Notes: a model not told the origin generated them from the letters alone. 64,000 nt of DNA from an uncultured Desulfosarcina sp. (GCA_963674945.2 CAXXWQ010000003.1:512001-576000); one strand, 5' to 3'. Shown: positions 30,747 through 41,355, counted from the stretch's first letter. Translations and numbers: made by a program.

Positions 30747-31733
30747 ATGCGAAAACGTCCGAAAATCAGAAAAGCCAATACGTTGCGGCCGGATGAGTTA
30801 GATAGGCTACTCGTCCGCGAACTGGAAGCTGATGCACTGCAGAGCCTGGTCGATCTTGGTGCAAAGTTAGATGTTGCCCCAACAACTGTTCTGAGAAGAA
30901 TACGAAAGCTGCGTGATGCGGGAGCTTTCGATTTCGTTACGGGTATCGAGCCGCAAGCCCTTGGATACCAAACAAGAGCGTTGATCGGAATCAAGATGCA
31001 ACCCGGATCAGCCGATGATGCAGTAAATGCCCTTCGATCCTGCCATAATGTCCAGCTTGTCATACAGACCTATGGTCGCTATGACGTGCTAACCCCGACG
31101 TTTTTCCGCAATAATGAGGAAATTGTCGCCTTTGTTGATCAGGAACTGGGACGACTGGAGCATATCGCAAACTTCGACGTATTCGTATTCTTGGAAAAAT
31201 TGAAGGATTTTGGGGGGGCAATGGGCAATCGGCCTAGCAATACACACAACCCTCAAGAGCATTCCCTGGACGAATTGGATTTGAATCTGATTAAGGAGTT
31301 GGAATTGCAACCGAGGACGAGCACAACGACTCTGAGCAGAAGACTGGGGACTTCCTGGCAAACAATACAAACCCGATTGGAACGACTTCGGTCCAAAGGG
31401 GTGATAAATACGGTTACTCTGGTTGATACGCGTTGTTTCGGCTTAAACGTTGGCGCTTTGATATTTGCCAAAATCCAGCCTGGAAAGGTCCGTGACGTTG
31501 CAGTCGCGCTGACTCACGAAGATAAGGTAATCCAGGTAGCAATCATGGGCGGCCGATTTAATCTGATCCTCTGGGGGATATTTCGAGACTCGGAGGAGAT
31601 GTCCACATTTGTCAGGAATAATTTGGGTAACATTCCTTGGGTTATGGAATATGAGGTTTTTATCCAGGTAGGGCTTCCAAAAAAACCTTCAACTTCGGTA
31701 GTTCATCAAATTGTCCCCCAGCAGTGTCCATAG
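30747..31733 (+). CDS. Lrp/AsnC family regulator with two tandem HTH-RAM repeats
   Basis: DELDRLLVRELE..RRIRKL and LDELDLNLIKELE..RLERL; GRYD and GRFN in the two RAM domains. Confidence 0.88.
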   Translation: MRKRPKIRKANTLRPDELDRLLVRELEADALQSLVDLGAKLDVAPTTVLRRIRKLRDAGAFDFVTGIEPQALGYQTRALIGIKMQPGSADDAVNALRSCHNVQLVIQTYGRYDVLTPTFFRNNEEIVAFVDQELGRLEHIANFDVFVFLEKLKDFGGAMGNRPSNTHNPQEHSLDELDLNLIKELELQPRTSTTTLSRRLGTSWQTIQTRLERLRSKGVINTVTLVDTRCFGLNVGALIFAKIQPGKVRDVAVALTHEDKVIQVAIMGGRFNLILWGIFRDSEEMSTFVRNNLGNIPWVMEYEVFIQVGLPKKPSTSVVHQIVPQQCP

Positions 31734-32444
31734 TTTTTCATCATAAAGCCTTATTTGTTCCATATCCATCTATACAAAAACCGCAATTTACCAGGTATGA
31801 TCTCTGAACCGACAGTACAGTAGACGTATCTCATCGGAACACAATCTGCACAAAATCACTGGGCACAGATTCGCTTCCCTTCAATATTTTCATCAAACAC
31901 CCCCATAACCATCGGTATCTGATTAAGGCCATCGCCTGCCATACGATGTAACAAAAGCGGTCCGAAAGCCACTTTCGTTGATTCTGACAGCAAACCTTGA
32001 TCCCTTGAAAAACCTGGAAAAGAGATTGGCGAATCTTTTGGGTATTGGCGCCGGATATTCGAAGACACCAGCGACCCATTCAAATATTATATATTTTGCG
32101 TATATTTATTTTATTTGCAGTACTTGACAACTATATAAAGTAAAGTTATAAAAATATTGTCTGTTTTTCACCTTATAGTGCAGCTATTATGCAATTACAA
32201 GGGTATGGAACAACGAAGTCTTTTGTTTGGGGGCAAAGCAGGCCCTATTCGTTCGGTTTATGGAAAACACGAACAACTTTGTCATCTCTGGACGCCTCAT
32301 GTCGCTGCTCATGTATGAAAATTATCAATTGTGCAGGCTTTGGAGACCCTCCTGCCAAGTTGATAGTGGTGAGATCGCACGCGATCATTTCGAATTTGTG
32401 TCCCGCATTATCGAAGAGAGGTTACTTCTCGAACAGGAGGAAAC

Positions 32445-32651
32445 ATGACTGAAATTCAAATTGGACAACGTGTATCTGTGGACATGTCGGGGTTTCAAGC
32501 CACCGGTGTGGTTGTTGGGAATGGCGTGCATTTACACGGCAAGGTCGTTTCTGTTGAAACGTCTTCCCAGAATATTACGGTTAAGCTGAAAGAGCCATTT
32601 ATGGGCCGTCCCACTGTAATTGTTAATCCGGAGCGGGTTACGATTTGCTAG
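32445..32651 (+). CDS. small beta-rich hypothetical protein (68 aa)
   Basis: AGGAGG RBS; lies directly ahead of the FAD oxidoreductase. Confidence 0.65.
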   Translation: MTEIQIGQRVSVDMSGFQATGVVVGNGVHLHGKVVSVETSSQNITVKLKEPFMGRPTVIVNPERVTIC

Positions 32652-32721
32652 GAGACCGATACTATTTGTCCGTATCCATAGGCATTAAAACAGCAAAATT
32701 TCATCAAAAGGAGGTATTTGC

Positions 32722-34158
32722 ATGACACCATTTCGTAAAGCACATCACCCGTTATACTACGACCTAGCGGGGGTAGTCGGCCCCAAATACGTCTCCGACG
32801 AAGATGTCGTATTGGAGACCTACAGCAGGGATACCAGCCTGCTGCCACCCAATAAACAGGGCATCGTAGTGCGCCCATCAAGCACCGATGAGGTAGTGGA
32901 TATTGTCAGACTGGCGAACACTACCAAAATTCCAATCGTACCCAGCGGCGGCAGAGCTTCATTCTATGGCACTCCCAGAGGAATGCACGGGAGAGGTATC
33001 GTGATCGATATGACCCGGATGAACAAACTGATAGAGATCGACGAGGTAAATCTGTCGGCGACTGCTGAGGCCGGCATGACCACATCGGAGTTTAACACGC
33101 TTCTTTGGGACAAGGGGTGGGATGTACATACCGCCTTTCAGCCCTGGTACCCGGATACACTGGGCGGACAAATCAGCGGTTTCGCCGGCGGCGGAGCGGG
33201 TTATGAATTGCCGCAAGCGGGATTTAACGCCCTTCATATTCCCGGAGTGAAGGTGGTCCTTGGAAACGGAAACGTGGTTCAAACCGGATCCGGCCGGGGA
33301 AACAACATCATGAACAAAATGCTCTACGATCCCTATTGCGGAACGTCGAATCTCGGGGGGATGTTTATCGGCGCTTCGGGTACGTTCGGAATCATAACGG
33401 AAGCAACCTACCGGATGTACAGGGTATCTCCGGTAAGGAAAGTTCAGGCCTACTATTTCGATACATTCGAGAAGGCTTGGGATCTGGTCCAGGAGATGAG
33501 TGTTCTTGAACCCCTTCCAATGTACTTCATCGTTATTGTGCCGGTCACTGATTTCACCCGGTCCCAGGGGCAGGAATCCCCCCTTGTCATTACCATCGCC
33601 AAGGGCAACACCGAAAAAGAGGTGGATGCCAAAGTGGAGATCATCGAAGAGGTTTTCGATAAGCACAAGGGACGGCTTGCCACAGGCCCCCAGGTTGAAG
33701 ACTGGAAATCAAGCTGTGTGGAAGGACGTCGGCACCGTGAAATGGGTGAGTTCGGTTCTCCGGGAATCTGGCACTTTTTTGAGTATTACGTATCTCGATC
33801 CCAGGTAGTGGAGGGCCATCATGAGATGAGGAATTTCATCTACAAAAGGATGAACAAGAGCGGCATTCCATACAAATCAAACGAGGGCTGCATCGCCACC
33901 GGAATGGCCAACTGGATACTCACGACCATCATATGGGTTCCGGGAGAAGATCTGAATGCAAGAGAGTTAATGGGAAATCTCTTTGCCGACGCCACCGAGC
34001 ACGCATGTTCTCATGGCTATTTCCCGGATTGCCATCAGGGATGGGGCACTCGCATGATGGCCAAATACTGGCCCAAAGAGCATTACCAGTTCATGAAGAC
34101 GTTGAAAGGGGCTTTAGATCCGAACAACATTATGAATCCAGGCATTTGGGATCTATAG
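32722..34158 (+). CDS. FAD-binding oxidoreductase (GlcD/FAD_binding_4 family)
   Basis: VVRPSSTDEV, PSGG, TLGG, GASGTFGIITE, LDPNNIMNPG. Confidence 0.9.
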   Translation: MTPFRKAHHPLYYDLAGVVGPKYVSDEDVVLETYSRDTSLLPPNKQGIVVRPSSTDEVVDIVRLANTTKIPIVPSGGRASFYGTPRGMHGRGIVIDMTRMNKLIEIDEVNLSATAEAGMTTSEFNTLLWDKGWDVHTAFQPWYPDTLGGQISGFAGGGAGYELPQAGFNALHIPGVKVVLGNGNVVQTGSGRGNNIMNKMLYDPYCGTSNLGGMFIGASGTFGIITEATYRMYRVSPVRKVQAYYFDTFEKAWDLVQEMSVLEPLPMYFIVIVPVTDFTRSQGQESPLVITIAKGNTEKEVDAKVEIIEEVFDKHKGRLATGPQVEDWKSSCVEGRRHREMGEFGSPGIWHFFEYYVSRSQVVEGHHEMRNFIYKRMNKSGIPYKSNEGCIATGMANWILTTIIWVPGEDLNARELMGNLFADATEHACSHGYFPDCHQGWGTRMMAKYWPKEHYQFMKTLKGALDPNNIMNPGIWDL

Positions 34159-34190
34159 AATAAATTATATCGAGATGAGAGGTGAAGAAA

Positions 34191-35387
34191 ATGGAATTAG
34201 AAAAACACAAAAAAGCAATCTACGCCTGTACGAGGTGTGGTGTATGTGTTCATAAATATAACCCTTGGGGAGACAGGAAGGTATGCCCGATTCGGGAGCA
34301 TACCGAAGGATTTGAACCTTACTCTTCCCGTGGAAGGAACCAAATGGCCCAGCGCGTGCTTGAAGGGACCGTCGAGATAACGCCGCAACTGGCGGAGTAT
34401 GCATATAGTTGTCTCCTTTGTGGTAACTGCCGACAGGCGTGCGGATGTCTGGACCTGGAGACATTTAAACCTAAGATTGTTCAGCCTCACATCACCAAGG
34501 CATTGAGGGCGGACCTGTTCAATTCCGGCGTCGCGCTTCCGGAACATGTCGACATGTTCTGTACGGCTATTGAAAAAACCCAGAACGTCATGGGTTTTCC
34601 CAACGAAGAGAGGGGTGACTGGGTGGAGGATGCCGGCATCAAACTGGATCCCAATGCCGACACTACCTATTTCGTCGGATGTCTGTCCAGCTTTCGGGAA
34701 GTCGAAATCGCCCAGGCGGTGGGTAAGGTTCTCAACATTCTGGACATTCCTTTCAATATCCTGGGAGAGGAAGAGAGCTGCTGCGGCAATCCCATGCTGA
34801 TGATGGGAAATCTTATGCTGGCCCGGGATCTGATGCGTCACAACTATGAACTGATGAAAGGCAAAACGGTGATCGCTTCCTGTGCCGGCTGCTATCGTAT
34901 TCTCGTTCAGGATTATCCCAAGATACTGAAGCTGGAAGGAGATGATTACAAGATCAAACCCAAACATATCGTGCATGTGCTGGCCGAGCAGATCGAGGAA
35001 GGCAAGGTAAAATTCACCCAAGAGGTCAAGAAGACGGTTGTCTATCATGATCCTTGCGAATTAGGCCGGGACACGCAGACCTACGATGAGCCGAGGAAGA
35101 TCCTTGCGGCAATCCCCGGACTCGAGGTGGTGGAGTTTTACAGTACCAAAGAGCAGACCTGGTGTTGCGGCGGCGGGGGCGGCGTTAAAGGTTTTGACTT
35201 CGACCTTTCCGTGGAGATTGCCACCGACAAGGTCAAACAGGCCAATGACGTTGGTGCAGATACGATTGTATCGGCCTGTCCATCCTGCAAGACGAATATC
35301 ACAGACGGCATCAAGTCCGTCGGTTCCGATCTGGATATGCTGGACGTTCTTGAACTATGTATCGAAGCTGGAATCACGAAAGCATAA
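34191..35387 (+). CDS. (Fe-S)-binding protein, 4Fe-4S dicluster plus two CCG domains (GlcF/HdrD-like)
   Basis: CTRCGVC, CLLCGNC, CCG, YHDPC, CCGGGGG, ACPSC. Confidence 0.9.
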   Translation: MELEKHKKAIYACTRCGVCVHKYNPWGDRKVCPIREHTEGFEPYSSRGRNQMAQRVLEGTVEITPQLAEYAYSCLLCGNCRQACGCLDLETFKPKIVQPHITKALRADLFNSGVALPEHVDMFCTAIEKTQNVMGFPNEERGDWVEDAGIKLDPNADTTYFVGCLSSFREVEIAQAVGKVLNILDIPFNILGEEESCCGNPMLMMGNLMLARDLMRHNYELMKGKTVIASCAGCYRILVQDYPKILKLEGDDYKIKPKHIVHVLAEQIEEGKVKFTQEVKKTVVYHDPCELGRDTQTYDEPRKILAAIPGLEVVEFYSTKEQTWCCGGGGGVKGFDFDLSVEIATDKVKQANDVGADTIVSACPSCKTNITDGIKSVGSDLDMLDVLELCIEAGITKA

Positions 35388-35404
35388 TTGAGGAGATTGC
35401 AAGC

Positions 35405-35701
35405 ATGGCAGATGTCAAAATTGGACACATGGAAAACGCTCCCGAGTGGTACGGCCTACCGCTGAAGGAGCAACACTTCGAGTGGAGTGTGGAAAAGGAC
35501 CTGTATTGCGGCTGCAGTGTGGATGACCATATCGTTCTGGATGGCGATTTTGACGCCGTGGAAGCGGAACTGAAAGTGCGTGTGGCCGAAGCCAAGAAAT
35601 ATCCCAAGCACTTCCAGGCCCTTGGTGTTCTCGACTACTGGACTCCCATGGAGTATGTGGACAAATTGTTCGATATGACCAAGAAAATGGCAATATTTTA
35701 A
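35405..35701 (+). pseudogene. truncated uroporphyrinogen decarboxylase (UroD/MtaA-like) family gene, mostly the C-terminus
   Basis: SVDDHIVLDGDFDAVEAELKVRVAEAK...LDYWTPMEYV resembles the last helices of UroD-fold proteins; only 98 aa behind a GAGGAG RBS. Confidence 0.55.
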
Positions 35702-35757
35702 TCATACTCATGTCTCATCCCATACCGGCGCCTTGATTATGGGCGCTGTGCCACATC

Positions 35758-35830
35758 AGCCACGGGACCGAATCGGGGGAAAAAGCAAATAAGGCGAAAA
35801 GGGTTATTTCACACGATCGGTTTCGTGGCT
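35758..35830. repeat. imperfect inverted-repeat element (MITE/REP-like)
   Basis: AGCCACGGGACCGA ... TCGGTTTCGTGGCT ends. Confidence 0.45.
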
Positions 35831-35947
35831 CTACCGGCACGGCAATTCATCTACAGGTAGGCACAAGGAGGCAACTGGCCATGTTTAGAAACGCCTTGCC
35901 TGCTACTGTTGGAGCCACGTCTGTCAGGCGTAGTAAGAGCATGGTTC

Positions 35948-37078
35948 TTACATTCCCAGCACATTCGCCATGAGGGCGAAAATCCCGTCGGCCACGACGA
36001 TGTAGACGATGGCGATCACTACGGCGGAAGTCGTGGCCTGGCCCACGGCAGCCGCGCTTCTACCGCAGCCGATACCCTGCATGCAACCGCTGATGGCAAC
36101 GATGAGACCGAATACCACACTCTTGAAAATACCGAGAAAGATGTGGGTGAAGGCCAATGCATTTCGGGTTTGCACCAGATATTGAAGAAGGGAGATGTCG
36201 AAGGCACCGACGCCGACCACCATGCCCCCCAACAGCCCCATGAAATCCGCATAAATGCAAAGAAGCGGCATCATTATCACCAGGGCCACAACCCGGGGAA
36301 GGACCAGAAAATCCATGGGAGAAACGCCGAGCGTTTTCAAGGCATCGATCTCCTCGTTGACCTTCATGGTGCCAAGGTTGGCGGCAAAGGCGGCACCGGT
36401 TCGACCGGCCATGATGACCCCAGCCATCACCGCCCCCATCTCCCGGGTCATACCGATTCCCACGAGGTCGGCCACGTATATCTGAGCCCCGAACATCTTG
36501 AGCTGTACCGCCCCCATGAAGGCAAGGATCAGACCCACGAGGATGCTGATGAGCGATACGATGGGAAGTGCTTGCCAACCGCAGGCCTGGATCAGTACGA
36601 CGAGGTCCGACCACCGCAGCCTGGCTTTTCCTGTAGCGAGTCGCACAGCCGATACTGCCAGTTCTCCCAAAAAATCCGATGTGGAAACCAGAGCCCTGGC
36701 CTGAGAAAAACCCGTTTCACCCAGCCGTTCCAGAAAGGATGGTGCCTTCGGCTCTTGCCGGGTCTCTTTTTTATCGTCAGTGCTTCCACCGGAAAGGGAG
36801 AGCAACCGCCGGACACCTTTGGGAAGACCATCGGGAAGAACCCGAACACCCGATGCGGCGCAATGATCCATCAGTGCGGACACGTAAACAAGCAGACTGC
36901 TATCCCATGTTTCCAGCGCATTGGTATCGAAGCCGATAGCACCTGTCCGGGCATCCTCCACCAGTTTTTTCACTTCATCGAGGGAGGGTGTCGGCCGACC
37001 GACCTTCCAGACACCGGAAAGCTGGACAACCGACGAACCATCCGATTGCCGATTGTTATGCACTGCTGCCTGCATCAT
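35948..37078 (-). CDS. MlaE family ABC permease with N-terminal STAS-like domain
   Basis: WDSS, REMGAVMAG, AGRTGAAFAA.LGTMKVNEEIDAL, VGQATTSAVV. Confidence 0.9.
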   Translation of the reverse strand: MMQAAVHNNRQSDGSSVVQLSGVWKVGRPTPSLDEVKKLVEDARTGAIGFDTNALETWDSSLLVYVSALMDHCAASGVRVLPDGLPKGVRRLLSLSGGSTDDKKETRQEPKAPSFLERLGETGFSQARALVSTSDFLGELAVSAVRLATGKARLRWSDLVVLIQACGWQALPIVSLISILVGLILAFMGAVQLKMFGAQIYVADLVGIGMTREMGAVMAGVIMAGRTGAAFAANLGTMKVNEEIDALKTLGVSPMDFLVLPRVVALVIMMPLLCIYADFMGLLGGMVVGVGAFDISLLQYLVQTRNALAFTHIFLGIFKSVVFGLIVAISGCMQGIGCGRSAAAVGQATTSAVVIAIVYIVVADGIFALMANVLGM

Positions 37079-37098
37079 GATGGCATCCTGATTTTATT

Positions 37099-37941
37099 CT
37101 ATAGTGCGGCGCCACAGTACTTACAATGGCGGGCGTCCATATCATGCCCCTCGGCACCGCATTTGCGACAGGCCTGTGTAGACACGCCACGAGCGAAGGT
37201 GTGAGACATCTCCACGCTCACGATCCCGGTGGGAACGGCGATAATGGCATAGCCGAGAATCATGACCATGGATGCCACCGACTGTCCGATCCCTGTCTGC
37301 GGAGAGATATCCCCATACCCAACTGTCGTCAGGGTTACGATAGCCCAATAGATACTTTTGGGAATGCTGGAAAAACCGTTGGCTTCACCCTCGATGAGGT
37401 ACATGAGTGAGCCGAAAATCACCACCAGCGTCATGACCGTGTAAAGAAATACAGCAATCTTTCTGACACTGGCCCGAAGGGCTCTTATGAGAAGTCTCGC
37501 CTCGCCGATGAAGTGAACCAGTTTCAGGATCCGAAAAATCCTGAGAATACGCAAGATGCGGATGACCAACAGGTATTGGCTGCCCGGCAAAAAGAGGCTC
37601 AAATAAGTCGGAACGATGGCCAGAAGATCCACGAGCCCGTAAAAACTCACCGCGTATGCAAAGGGCCTACCCACGCAAGTGAGCCGCAGGAAATACTCGA
37701 TGGTAAAGATAATCGTGAAAAACCACTCGATGTTGTATAGAAGACCTCCGAATTGGGATCGGATGCTCCCCATGCTGTCGAGCATCACCGCGGCGACGCT
37801 GGCGAGGATCGCAATGATGAGAAGAAGATCGAATCCCTTGCCAGCCGGGGTGTCGGCCTCGAAAATCACCTCGTGCAACAAAAGGCGCCATCGCGCCCTT
37901 TTGGCCGGCATCTCGTCGTGCCCGTATTGGTATCGAGCCAT
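37099..37941 (-). CDS. voltage-gated potassium channel / ion transporter
   Basis: S4 segment RILRILRIFRILK and filter TTVGYGD. Confidence 0.92.
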   Translation of the reverse strand: MARYQYGHDEMPAKRARWRLLLHEVIFEADTPAGKGFDLLLIIAILASVAAVMLDSMGSIRSQFGGLLYNIEWFFTIIFTIEYFLRLTCVGRPFAYAVSFYGLVDLLAIVPTYLSLFLPGSQYLLVIRILRILRIFRILKLVHFIGEARLLIRALRASVRKIAVFLYTVMTLVVIFGSLMYLIEGEANGFSSIPKSIYWAIVTLTTVGYGDISPQTGIGQSVASMVMILGYAIIAVPTGIVSVEMSHTFARGVSTQACRKCGAEGHDMDARHCKYCGAAL

Positions 37942-38246
37942 TATTTCTTTTTGTAATGGGAAGTTGCCTTGTCAAAGGCAGAGGACAAGGACTTCCAGGC
38001 ATCTTCCACTCCGCCTTTCAGGTCTACCCAGGCATTTTCCCCTGCAGCGTCCAACTCATTGATCTTTTCCTTCATCTGCATGCGGTATTTTCTGAATGCC
38101 TCGCGCTTTTCCTCGAATTTTTTGATTGCATCGGCACTCTCGTGCTGGGCCTTGGCTTCGAATTTGTTACGCTCGATGTTCCATCGATAGTTCAGGTCAT
38201 CGAGCTTCTTTTTCATCTGATGTAAAAGGTCATCTTTGTTCATCAT
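37941..38246 (-). CDS. small coiled-coil hypothetical protein
   Basis: AGENAWVDLKGGVEDAWKSL pattern; overlaps the channel start by 1 nt. Confidence 0.75.
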   Translation of the reverse strand: MMNKDDLLHQMKKKLDDLNYRWNIERNKFEAKAQHESADAIKKFEEKREAFRKYRMQMKEKINELDAAGENAWVDLKGGVEDAWKSLSSAFDKATSHYKKK

Positions 38247-38441
38247 GACACCCTCTGCCCTGTTGGTTGATTTTGTGAACCGACAATGAAAGGACAACAC
38301 CATCTATTTTCTATACCGCCGACCACCTAATGAATGCAAGGATCTCTTTGGTGTCGGCCGTCCATGGTTTTACCGTACCATTTTTCAAAATTCGGCTGTT
38401 TCCGGCTTGGGATGAATCCCTGAAAGTTGCCTTCACAATAC

Positions 38442-38479
38442 AAAAAAACCCGCCTTTGTGTGTAAAGGCGGGCTCTTTT
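38442..38479 (-). terminator. rho-independent terminator of the C25 peptidase gene
   Basis: CCCGCCTTT / AAAGGCGGG stem with a U-run on the minus strand. Confidence 0.8.
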
Positions 38480-38507
38480 GTATCGATTGGAAAATCGGGA
38501 TTCGGGT

Positions 38508-40739
38508 TTATTTCATGACAATCGGGTAAGGTATCAACTTTTTACCGATGGGATACGGGAGGAGCTTGATAATTTTCATGGCAACACGATTCGATACATA
38601 CTCGTTCTGGCAATCCCGGTCATCCAGCACGACGTAGACGGAACTCGGTGGCTTGATGCCTTCGGCAACGGAGAACCAGAGTTTGGTTAAATCGTCGTTG
38701 GCGTCAAGGGCGCAGAAGCCATACATCCTTGTATCCGTATCACCATTGTAGATATCCACCCAGGTTCGGGATGAATTGCTATTCAAACCACAGGGTGCCA
38801 GATGCGGCGCGGCTTCGAAGAGCTGGTTGGGATAGTCCGCCCAATTCTTCACCTTCAGATTGTAGCGAATGTATTTTTTCAGACCAACCGTGTACTTGGT
38901 CGTACCGGTGAACACCAGTTCCGGCTTGGGCAATTCAGGGAAGCAGGCGGGGCCGACGTTTATGGAAGGATCACCGAAGATATGCCAGGTTAGGAACATG
39001 TTGGTACCGCCTTCCCCGTCACCGGCACCATACGCATCCATCATTGCCGCCGACGCATTGAAGCAAAGCGCACCAAAGGATGAGTAGTCCTCGTTTACAA
39101 GCATATCATTGAATTCATCCTGCGCTTCCATGGGAGGGCTCCAGGATTGATTGATGGAAGAGCCGTAAAAACCGATGGCCCCGGTGGGGTTTCCAGTCGC
39201 GTCATTTTTCGCACGCAACCATGTTTCGGCAAAACAGGTGGAACCGGTAAAATTGCCATTCACACAGGCGACGGAGAAAATGAAAGGAAGCTCATTGTCA
39301 TTGACGAGGTCGTTTACATCCGCGTTTGAAAAACCCGAACTCGTCCAGCTGGTTGTACTTCCGTGCCCCGTATAATTGATAATGGAAACCCCGCTGTTCA
39401 CACCCGATGCAATTGCCGCGGCTGTCGGGTTACCGGCGGTGTCCGCACCACCTTGCGAACCATCGTAGAATTCACCGATGCTTGCATAATGCCAGCCGGA
39501 CAATACAGTGCGTACGTTACGAATGTGCTCGTAGTCGTATTCTCCATCATCTCCAGGCCCCTGACTGGAGGCAATTCCCATCCCGTTATGAAACCATACG
39601 CCTTTTCCGGTCGTTTCGTACACAATGGTCCGCTGCACCATCGTGTCCACCTGAGATCCGTCTTCGGCGGAAAATCGCCCGATAAAAATATCCGGGTAAT
39701 TATCCGAGCCCGACAGGAGCGAATAGCTGGGGTCGGACCCGCCACCCAGATGAAATGGGGTTGGAATCTGGGCATAGTCACCGACGAGCAGCACGTAGGT
39801 CAAGGATTCGTGCGTGTTATAATAGTTTTGAAGATAGTCCTTGATTTCGGCCGGCGTCGTGCCCACTTCGCTCATGCCGACCATGGTCGTTTTTAGACCG
39901 ATGTCATTTTTATGATCCACAAAAGGCGTCATTTCATCGGTGAAGTCATCGTCCGCAATGACAAGCATGACAACATCATCATCGTATAATTCAAACAGCT
40001 TGCCATCCATCAGCGCCATATTGATAAAGTGCTTTTGATAAACGGGGGCAAAATATGGATTATATTTTTCGGTTCTTCTATCCAGTGCGTTTCGATCGTC
40101 CTGCCCCTCAAAATGGATTTTGATCCTCAGGTGTGTGTAAACACGTAACGTTCCTGTAACCGGATTATAGACAAAGGGAGAAATGTCAACGGAAAGCCCC
40201 CTCACCTCCCTCATTACATAAGGTTTGCCGAGCCTTACAATGCGGGCCGGATAAAACCGATTGTTCTTATAGTGATCATTAAAAGAAAATGGAATTTTCG
40301 TCGGATCATCGTTTCTGTATACGATCCCCTTGGACGGGGCGATCTGTATCTTATAATCGAAATACTGGGCGTCCATCACCTCTGCAGAGGCACCGGACCG
40401 GTCAGGTATGGAGATACTTCGGGATATCTTGGGTAATTCGGGACTCCCCTTCTCTTTTGTCGATGTCTCGCCAGGAAGTGTAATCGAATAGTACTTCTGG
40501 TTTCCGATGAACACCTCCTTGCGCTCAAAGTTCCCGATCGTTACATCGATGGTACAAGAATCGTCCCTCGATGAGAGGACTTTCACGTCCGTCCACTCCT
40601 TTCCGATATTGATCTTCTCAGCAAATGCAATCGAACCACTTATCAACATAAACGCCGAGAAAAAAACAATGGATCTTACCAGCCGTTCTCCAAGATGAAA
40701 CTTTTTAGGATTATCGATTTTTGCATTATTCCGTTTCAT
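38508..40739 (-). CDS. peptidase C25 (gingipain-like) with propeptide
   Basis: Signal peptide, propeptide (GSPELP, IAPSKG), YVLLVGD, IGRFS, NYTGHGS, SVACVNG, WHIFGDPS. Confidence 0.92.
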   Translation of the reverse strand: MKRNNAKIDNPKKFHLGERLVRSIVFFSAFMLISGSIAFAEKINIGKEWTDVKVLSSRDDSCTIDVTIGNFERKEVFIGNQKYYSITLPGETSTKEKGSPELPKISRSISIPDRSGASAEVMDAQYFDYKIQIAPSKGIVYRNDDPTKIPFSFNDHYKNNRFYPARIVRLGKPYVMREVRGLSVDISPFVYNPVTGTLRVYTHLRIKIHFEGQDDRNALDRRTEKYNPYFAPVYQKHFINMALMDGKLFELYDDDVVMLVIADDDFTDEMTPFVDHKNDIGLKTTMVGMSEVGTTPAEIKDYLQNYYNTHESLTYVLLVGDYAQIPTPFHLGGGSDPSYSLLSGSDNYPDIFIGRFSAEDGSQVDTMVQRTIVYETTGKGVWFHNGMGIASSQGPGDDGEYDYEHIRNVRTVLSGWHYASIGEFYDGSQGGADTAGNPTAAAIASGVNSGVSIINYTGHGSTTSWTSSGFSNADVNDLVNDNELPFIFSVACVNGNFTGSTCFAETWLRAKNDATGNPTGAIGFYGSSINQSWSPPMEAQDEFNDMLVNEDYSSFGALCFNASAAMMDAYGAGDGEGGTNMFLTWHIFGDPSINVGPACFPELPKPELVFTGTTKYTVGLKKYIRYNLKVKNWADYPNQLFEAAPHLAPCGLNSNSSRTWVDIYNGDTDTRMYGFCALDANDDLTKLWFSVAEGIKPPSSVYVVLDDRDCQNEYVSNRVAMKIIKLLPYPIGKKLIPYPIVMK

Positions 40740-41038
40740 GATTTGGTTCCCTCCCCCTCTTCACATAAGGACGATTCTCTTCTTTCCCCTTATGCATGGC
40801 ATGAACTGCATTTCTTCTACTTCTTTTTTCCCTTTTGCCCTTCATGTAATGGTTGCTTTCACGATTTATACGTTTCCTTTGCCTGCATTTCGTTCACGGC
40901 ATATGGACCTCCCTTTTTTGTGTAAATGGTTCATATTTGGCCTTGTAAAGCTTTTTAAAAAAATTGTTCCGCAGTGCGAATGAAAAAGACTTTTTTGCCG
41001 ATTACAAATCGGGTCTATGCAAACGATCGCTTATTGCC

Positions 41039-41287
41039 TTATGCGATTTGAAACCGGACCTGGTATGGAATCGTATGGATCGCCAGGTCGGCAAGCCTTT
41101 TGAAATTGTTAAATGTCACCAGCCACAAACAGATATGGTAGAGCCATCGATAATACCAAAACGGCATGACACACACGGCCCGCAGCTCATACAATTTTCG
41201 ATCGGCCCAATAAAACAAACGAACACGATTCCAACGATAAGCGATATTTCTCACCGGAAACAGTACGGCTTTCGTTAATCGTTTCAT
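41039..41287 (-). CDS. small basic, aromatic-rich hypothetical protein (82 aa)
   Basis: AAGGAGG RBS and a consensus sigma54 promoter upstream. Confidence 0.6.
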   Translation of the reverse strand: MKRLTKAVLFPVRNIAYRWNRVRLFYWADRKLYELRAVCVMPFWYYRWLYHICLWLVTFNNFKRLADLAIHTIPYQVRFQIA

Positions 41288-41355
41288 TTTGTTTTCCTCC
41301 TTTTTCCTGCCCTAAGGATTGCCATCGGTAGCATGAGTTTTTTAGCAGTATACTG

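Noticed and set aside
31831..32083. Short minus-strand ORFs after the Lrp gene
   Set aside because: No RBS or recognisable motif.
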